Source: the human T2T-CHM13v2.0 reference genome, Homo sapiens
Direction: 5' to 3' (one strand)
Assembly: GCF_009914755.1 (NCBI RefSeq)
Contig: NC_060931.1
DNA: 64,000 bases
Shown here piece by piece: positions 56,971 through 64,000 of this stretch. Below the pieces are notes generated by a model. That model did not search any database. It was not told the origin of the DNA and saw nothing but the letters and a program-made list of their open reading frames with translations. The stretch's first letter is position 1; each line of letters begins with the position of its first letter. Position numbers and translations under genes: made by a program.

Positions 56971-58551
56971 TCAGCAGTAACATAAAAATAGGAAAAATTG
57001 CTTTTAAAATTAAGTAATAAACATGTTTTTATTTTACTCATAACTGTTTTGTTTTGAGACAAGGTCTTGGCTCTGTCACCCAGGCTGGAGTGCAATGTGC
57101 AGTGGCGCGATCTTGGCTCACTGCAACCTCTGCTTCTCGGGCTCAAGCGATCTGCCCACCTCAACCTCCAAGTAGCTGGCACCACAGGTGCACACCACCA
57201 TGCCTCGCTAATTTTTTGTATTTTTGGTAGAGATGGGGTTTCACCATGTTGGCCAGGCTGGTCTCTAACTCCTGAGCTCAAGGGATCCACCCACCTTGGC
57301 CTCCCAGTGTGCTGGGATTATAGGAGTGAGCCACTGCTCCCAGCCTGTTTTGAGTTAATTTTTATGTTGATGTGAAGGAAGGGTACAACTTCATTGTTTT
57401 GCCTGTGGCTATCTACTCCTGGCACCATTTGCTGAAAAGACTATTCTTTCCCTCGTTGAATTGTGTTGGCACCCTTGTCAAAAATCATTTGACCACAATT
57501 ATGGATTTATTCCTGGACTCTCAGTTCTATTCCATTGATCTAACCTTATGCTAGTACTGTACTGTCTTGATTACTGTGGCTTTGTTTTTAGGTGATGAAG
57601 TATGAGCCTTCCTACTTTTTCAGGATTGGTTCCTAGCAATTCCATATGCATGTTAGAATTTGCCTACCAATTTCTACAAAGAAGTCAGCTGGGGCCGGGT
57701 GCGGTGGCTCACATCTTTAATCCCAGCACTTTGGGAGGCGGAGGTGGGTGGATCACCTGAGGTCAGGGGTTCAAGACCAGCCTGGCCAACATGGCAAAAT
57801 AATAATAAATTATTATTGTTTATAATATAAAATTATTTCTTCCTCTTGATGCTTCTGTGTATGGAATTATTTTCTTCATTTTCAGATTGTTCATTGCAAG
57901 TATAAAAAAATGGATTTTTGTCTATCAGTCTTGTATTCTACAACCTTGCTGAACTAGTCAGTTATAAAAGGAAGGCTCCTTGTGGCTGTTTTATGCCCTG
58001 GGTCTCTCCTACAAACTAGCCAGTCTACAGTCCAGGCTGTATCTTCATTACATCCAGGAACCTCTTTCCACTTGCCTAGTACCACAACCCCTATTGTTTT
58101 TGGGAACACCCTTAGACTGAAACTTGTCACACTCTTGCAAGTGAAGTTAGGTCCTTTGAGATACTCTGTGTTCCTGCTTCTTCCCTTAGGCAAAGTATCT
58201 GAGCCAGGGTTCTAGTGGTAAACTAGGTGGGGACAATGGCAAGCTTTTCTGTGAATGCTACCCCAGCTCTAGGAGGGTATGGGGCAGGTCAGCAGCCTGG
58301 GGTCCTCTTGGCTTGTCTCTCCAGTTGTGGAACCACTGTCCCATGAGCTGGTGGAAAGGGTCGTTGGATTCCCAGTATTCTCAGTGTGTCATGCCTATGA
58401 AAGAGCCCCTTTTCCACAAGTAGGGATTGAGCAGAAGAAGGGAGCCCCTGCCTCTGAGAGTACTTGCCTGAGACAGCCTCAGCAACAGAAAAGTCAGGGG
58501 AAGATGAGAAACGCGAAGTCGCATTCTTCCCAGGAATAAAGAGAACCCTCA

Positions 58552-58908
<357 letters not shown>

Positions 58909-58935
58909 TTATTTATGATTTTTTTTTTCTTTCAG

Positions 58936-59007
58936 GGACCACTTAATAGTGAGTCTTCCAACCAGAGCTTGTGTAGCGTCAGATCCTTGAGTGATAAAGG
59001 AGTAGAG
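58936..59007 (+). CDS. TLK2: TLK2-like exon 3, GPLNSESSNQSLCSVRSLSDKGVE
   Basis: TTTCAG acceptor, GAG|GTAAGA donor, 72 bp, in frame with exon 2. Confidence 0.85.
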
Positions 59008-60216
59008 GTAAGAAGCTATGTTCATGGCAGGACTTTTCATACTTGTACTTTTGGGCCAGGTTTGGTGGCTCAAGGCTATAATCCCAGCACTTTGGGAGGC
59101 TGAGGCGGGCAGATAGCTTGAGGCTGGGAGTTGGAGACCAGCCTGGGCAACATAGTGAGAACTCGTTTCTACAAAAAAACTTAGCAGGGCGTGGTGGTGC
59201 CACACCTGTGGCCCCAGCTACTTGGAGGTGGGAAGATCGTTTGCACCCAAGAGAATGAGGCTGCAGTGAGCTGTGATGGCACCATTGCACTCCATCCTGG
59301 GCAACAGAGTGAGACCCCCATCTCACAGAAAAGATAGCACTGCTTAATTAACTCCCTGGGTGCTGTTAGACTCTGTGTAAATTGCTCCCCTTTGAGTTGT
59401 GTGCTCTTTGCATACGTACGGTTATGATGTGGCCCTCACAGGTTTTTATTATAATCATGTGTGGATCTTACATGTCTTAAAATTTTTGCATAGTTGCCAT
59501 CAGTAAAGGACAGAAATTTGCAATATTGTTCCTGTTTAAATGGAAGATAAAATTGATTGACTGATTTTACTTTTACAACTTTTTTTGAGACATGGCCTCG
59601 CTCTGTCATGCAGGCTGGAGTGCAGTGGTGCAATCATAGCTCATTGTAACCTGACACTCCTGAACTCAAGCAGTCCTCCTGTCTCAGCCTCCTGAGTAGC
59701 TAGGTGCTACTATGCCTGGCTAATTTTTATAAATATTTTTGGAGGCGGGGCCTCGCTGTGTTGCCCAGGCTGGTCTGGAACTCAAGCCATCCTCCCACCT
59801 CAGCCTCCAAAGTGCTGGGATTACAGACATGAGCCACAGTGCCTGGTGAAGATTTTTTGTTCATTTGCTTAACTATGCACAGCCCTCATGCATGAGATTT
59901 TTTTTTTTTATTTGGCATATAACCTAGCTGCCTGTAGATGGGTCTAAGTGTAAGTCTGTAGCCACCTACTTTGTACTTTGCAGATCTCTCCTTTTTGGAA
60001 AAAAGATTGGATTTAAAGTAGAAGTAGTGTAACAGCAGTTTTCTGAGAACTTAACATATGGTGGACATTTGTCCTACATTTGTGCTCTATTAAATATCTT
60101 ATGAAAGTTTTGTAGCAGCTCTGATTTACAGATGAATAAACTCAAGCTCTGATATTTTAAGCAGTTTGCCAAAAATTATGTGGATGGTTTGATTCTAGAC
60201 CCTAATACTCTTTGTT

Positions 60217-62326
60217 TTTTTTTTTGTTTTTTTAAAATTTTTTTTTATTGATCATTCTTGGGTGTTTCTCACAGAGGGGGATTTGGCAGGGTCATAGGAC
60301 AATAGTGGAGGGAGGGTCAGCAGATAAACAAGTGAACAAAGGTCTCTGGTTTTCCTATGCAGAGGACCCTGCGGCCTTCCGCAGTGTTTGTGTCCCTGGG
60401 TACTTGAGATTAGGGAGTGGTGATGACTCTTAACGAGCATGCTGCCTTCAAGCATCTGTTTAACAAAGCACATCTTGCACCACTCTTAATCCATTTAACC
60501 CTGAGTGGACACAGCACATGTTTCAGAGAGCACAGGGTTGGGGGTAGGGTCACCGATCAACAGGATCACAAGGCAGAAGAATTTTTCTTAGTACAGAACA
60601 AAATGAAAAGTCTCCCGTGTCTACCTCTTTCTACACAGACATGGCAACCACCCGATTTCTCAATCCTTTCCCCGCCTTTCCCCCCTTTCTATTCCACAAA
60701 ACCGCCATTGTCATCATGGCCCGTTCTCAATGAGCTGTTGGGTACACCTCCCAGACGGGGTGGTGGCTGGGCAGAGGGGCTCCTCACTTCCCAGTAGGGG
60801 CGGCCGGGCAGAGGCGCCCCTCACCTCCCGGACTGGGCGGCTGGCCGGGCGGGGGGCTGACCCCCCCACCTCCCTCCTGGACGGGGCGGCTGGCTGGGTG
60901 GGGGGCTGACCCCCCCCCACCTCCCTCCTGGACGGGGCGGCTGGCCGGGCGGGGGGCTGACCCCCCACCTCCCTCCCGGACTGGGCGGCTGGCCGGGCAG
61001 AGGGGCTCCTTACTTCCCAGTAGGGGCGGCCGGGCAGAGGCGCCCCTCACCTCCCGGACGGGGCGGCTGGCCGGGCGGGGGGCTGACCCCCCCACCTCCC
61101 TCCCGGACGGGGCGGCTGGCCGGGTGGGGGGCTGACCCCCCCATCTTCCTCCCGGATGGGGCGGCTGGCCGGGCGGGGGGCTGACCCCCCCACCTCCTTC
61201 CCGGACGGGGCGGCTGGCCGGGCAGAGGGGATCCTCACTTCCCAGTAGGGGCGGCCGGGCAGAGGCGCCCCTCACCTCCCGGACGGGGTGGCTGGCCGGG
61301 CAGGGGGCTGACCCCCCCACCTCCCTCCCAGACGGGGCGGCTGGCCGGGCGGGGGGCTGATCCCCCCACCTCCCTCCCGGATGGGGTGGGTGCCGGGCAG
61401 AGACGCTCCTCACTTCCCAGACGGGGTGGCTGCCGGGCGGAGGGGCTCCTCACTTCTCATATGGGGCGGTTGCCAGGCGGAGGGTCTCCTCACTTCTCAG
61501 ACGGGGCGGCTGGGCAGAGACGCTCCTCACCTCCCAGACGGGGTCGCGGCCGGGTAGAGGCGCTCCTCACATCCCAGACGGGGCGGAGGGGAAGAGGCGC
61601 TCCCCACATCTCAGACGATGGGCGGCCGGGCAGAGACGCTCCTCACTTCCTAGATGGGATGGCGGCCGGGAAGAGGCGCTCCTCACTTCCTAGATGGGAT
61701 GGTGGCCGGGCAGAGACGCTCCTCACTTTCCAGACTGGGTAGCCAGGCAGAGGGGCTCCTCACGTCCCAGACGATGGGCGGCCAGGCAGAGACACTCCTC
61801 ACTTCCCAGACGGGGTGGCGGCCGGGCAGAGGCTGCAATCTTGGCACTTTGGGAGGCCAAGGCAGGCGGCTGGGAGGTGGAGGTTGTAGCGAGCCGAGAT
61901 CACGCCACTGCACTCCAGCCTGGGCACCATTGAGCACTGAGTGAACCAGACTCCGTCTGCAATCCCGGCACCTCAGGAGGCCGAGGCTGGCGGATCACTT
62001 GCAGTTAGGAGCTGGAGACCAGCCCGGCCAACACAGCGAAACCCCGTCTCCACCAAAAAAATACGAAAACCAGTCAGGCGTGGTGGTGCGCGCCTGCAAT
62101 CGCAGGCACTCGGCAGGCTGAGGCAGGAGAATCAGGCAGGGAGGCTGCAGTGAGCCGAGATGGCAGCAGTACAGTCCAGCTTTGGCTCGGCATCAGTGGG
62201 AGACCGTGGAAAGAGAGGGAGAGGGAGACCGTGGGGAGAGGGAGAGGGGGGAGAGGGAGAGGGAGAGGGAGAAGGGGGAGAGGGAGAGGGAGAGGGAGAG
62301 CTAAAGGCCAGTTCTTGTGGGGAGTC
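60217..62326 (-). mobile_element. Full-length SVA retrotransposon (probably SVA_C/D type), antisense in intron 3
   Basis: On the - strand: (CCCTCT)n about 62210-62300, Alu-like region about 61830-62200, GC-rich VNTR about 60750-61830, SINE-R about 60245-60750, polyA. TSD aatactctttgtt at 60204-60216 and 62327-62339. Confidence 0.97.
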
Positions 62327-62487
62327 AATACTCTTTGTTATACTCAGTTTTAAGAGGAAGACAGTGATTCAGGAGTTGTCTGGGCCAGTTATATCTGTTT
62401 ATATATTCAATATTTTGTGTATACTCACTGCTTTTCCTAACGTGAAAAATTTACCAAAATGCTAATTGTGACTTATAAGGTATTTAA

Positions 62488-62610
<123 letters not shown>

Positions 62611-63415
62611 TAGAATTTTCTAACTCATACTAAATAATTAGTTTGTACACAGGGATTCCTGATAAAGGAGGTTTGTGTATCTTAAGGGAATATCAGACTG
62701 TTTATTACAGACTTGCCATTTGATATACACCTGACAAAATAGTGTTAGTTCTTCGGGGACTCTTTTTTTCCCTGTTGTAAGCTAACAATCTTCTTAACCA
62801 CAGGTTTTTCTTTACACCAAGCATATATTGTACAAATAGAGGTTATGTCAGAGTTTTAACTCTGTCTTTTGTTAGATCAGTGATTTGTTAATGACAGCCA
62901 GCTGAAAGTGCTTCATTTACATTACTGTCCTTTCTGCCTACTGCTCTTCCATGGCAGTTGTTTAGTTGAATATTGGAACCCACTGGGATAAATCTGTAAA
63001 CATGATGGTTATAATGCCAAATATCTTTATATAATCAAAGAAAGAAAAAATGGCTTGGCTTTTTTTCTCCCATTCTAAGGAATAGAAAGCCCAGTCTTGT
63101 TGCATCCTTCTTATCTTTTAAAATCTACAGATAATTCATTTTGTCTTTGGGAGCAAAATTCTCCCAAAGTGACAAGAAAAATTACAGAATCTTAAACCTG
63201 TGAAAAATTCTTCCTTTCACTGCTTGTTCAGTCCTTTATTTTATGGAGGAAATAGTCTGTTCTTAGGCTAAGGTATTTTGGCTCATTTGTTACAAGTAAA
63301 GCTGACACTTGGGTTTATAGCAATGTATGTAGTTACTGAATGTATAGTACATTTTAGTGAATGATGGTTTATATGTGTATTGGAAAAACTGTATTTACTT
63401 TGGTTTCATTTTCAG

Positions 63416-63459
63416 GGAAAGGCACTCCTAGGGGACATAAAATTAGTGATTACTTTGAG
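63416..63459 (+). CDS. TLK2: TLK2-like exon 5, (G)KGTPRGHKISDYFE
   Basis: TTTTCAG acceptor, GAG|GTAAGT donor, 44 bp. 70+44 bp restores the frame. Confidence 0.85.
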
Positions 63460-63541
63460 GTAAGTTACATTTTTTGAAAAAACAAACAAAAAAACAAAAC
63501 AAAACAAAAAAACTCTATAGTGATTTTTTTTAAAAACCCTA

Positions 63542-63885
<344 letters not shown>

Positions 63886-64000
63886 AAGTAATGTTTTGCC
63901 TTTACTGTACTCTTCTTCCCTTTCTCCCCATCTTCATCAGTTAATGCTGCCCCATCTCTCAATAAGAGAAAACTGCTGCTGCCTTCCTAAATTTAAATTT

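Noticed and set aside
60714-62465. Repetitive ORFs and a regularly spaced repeat that could look CRISPR-like
   Set aside because: This is the SVA VNTR and hexamer region. There are no unique spacers and no cas genes.

Overview
Primate, almost certainly human or hominid, genomic DNA that is very Alu-dense, with roughly half the bases in Alus. The window holds the 5' part of a TLK2 (Tousled-like kinase 2)-type gene on the + strand: a CpG-island promoter and non-coding exon 1 (ending 15931), then four coding-type exons at 17776-17861, 58936-59007, 62491-62560 and 63416-63459. The spliced frame is open for 88 codons but differs from the TLK2 sequence I recall (first ATG is ATA, plus G>R, E>G and E>D), and intron 3 carries a 2.1-kb antisense SVA. 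This suggests a segmental-duplication paralog or unprocessed pseudogene rather than TLK2 itself. My recollection is that such a copy lies beside METTL2B on 7q32; I could not verify this. Other content: an RPS10 processed pseudogene, an RPL36A 3'UTR fragment, a polyadenylated MER41-like LTR retrocopy, a MER85 piggyBac MITE, MaLR LTRs, MER5A/MER58, MIR, L2 and nested L1 fragments. The most interesting signals are the intact paralogous N-terminal frame, a 26-bp 5' transduction on the SVA, and several templated-insertion or microhomology repair scars. No prokaryote-type system (CRISPR etc.) is present. Family assignments are from memory of consensus sequences, not from searches.
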